A stretch of 64,000 bases of DNA from Chlorokybus atmophyticus (taxonomy: Eukaryota > Plantae > Mesostigma and Chlorokybus algae), in NCBI GenBank assembly GCA_009103225.1, contig RHPI01001715.1, positions 186,001 through 250,000 of the forward strand, written 5' to 3'. The notes beneath the pieces are model-generated. The model worked only from the letters and a program-made list of their open reading frames with translations, was not told where the DNA came from and did not search any database. Made by a program: the position numbers and the translations under genes. Position 1 is the first letter of the stretch; every line of letters starts with the position of its first letter. Of the stretch, positions 63,085-64,000 are shown in pieces.

Positions 63085-64000
63085 GTCTGATTACCCGTGA
63101 TGCCCGTTTGAAATGAACAACATAATTAGCTTTGATGCGATAAAATACATTTATATCATTAAACTATCACACACTCACGCACGCACGCACGCACCCACCC
63201 ACGCTTGCACACGCGCACACACGTGCCATGCCATATGGCATATGCCACACGGTGTACATTTATGTGTACATACATCATTATATTGTTTGATGTATGACAA
63301 ATCAAACGCAATAACATTTATTGATTTTGCCTTCATTATTAACACCTTAAAATTGATATCATTGATAAACACAGTAGTGGTAGACACTGTTGTAGAGACG
63401 CGGTGCCTATAGAAGTAGCTGCCGAATACTATTTGGCTTGTCACAAAAGTATATGTCAAGCTGGTCGCAAATCTTCTACAACAAGTTTATTTCAATCCCC
63501 GCACGGTCTGTCCATTTTATCACTCGGTCGGCTACTCTTGTTGTCGATAAACTCTGCAGCTCAGATAGGGTCGCTTGGATCAAATCCAATGATTAATCCA
63601 TCAGCAGGCACACCTTCAAGCTTTCACTTTGGATTCTTGCAAGTACAAACAATATAGTTATTACATCAGCACCAAATTGCACTGTCACACAAAAAGAACA
63701 CAACAATGGAAAATGACAGTACCAATGCTTGAAATACTCAGTAAACGGTAGTACCACGTAAGGTAGATTCCGCCCTACCATACGCACAAAAATAAACCTA
63801 GCCATAAAACCGCATCCGTCATTCTCTTCACTATTTGAATCACAGCAAATGGCAGGTTGTCTAGAGTCAAGGAAATTAAAGTTGCTCGCTTTAAAAAACC
63901 GCGTTTTTTACTTAAGCGCATGTTGCAGAGCTTCGCCATCTTGTCTATAAATATACTGCCTTGGTAAGCATCTACAGCACATCATGTGTTTTGAAGATTA

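Overview
Eukaryotic, intron-rich nuclear DNA of a green-lineage alga. The plant-like RPS27, eEF1B-gamma, PRP18 and chloroplast transit peptides suggest an early-diverging streptophyte (inference). Positions 1-43.1 kb hold 12 spliced, apparently intact genes: an STE20/BLUS1-type kinase, PRP18, RPS27, an AIR/ZCCHC7-like zinc-knuckle protein, a coiled-coil protein, an F-box/WD40 protein, a TON1/FOP protein, eEF1B-gamma, a GliK-like gamma-glutamyl cyclotransferase, an STR14-like rhodanese, a secreted bacterial-type six-hairpin glycosidase-like protein and phosphoserine aminotransferase. Positions ~43.5-59.6 kb form an accessory island of decayed, intron-bearing genes. It contains a Plavaka-type DNA transposase, a Zn-finger/Tudor/phage-type C5 DNA methyltransferase, OTU-protease and RING segments, and unknown ORFs. 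Several of its intergenic regions share one palindromic motif, GTACCAT-N2/4-ATGGTAC, and a 53-bp palindrome-containing tandem array closes it on the right. This putative DNMT-carrying giant DNA transposon is the most striking item. Also notable are five homology- or frame-supported GC-AG introns, telo-boxes in divergent promoters and a probable bacterial gene transfer. All family assignments come from motif recognition by eye; no searches were run.
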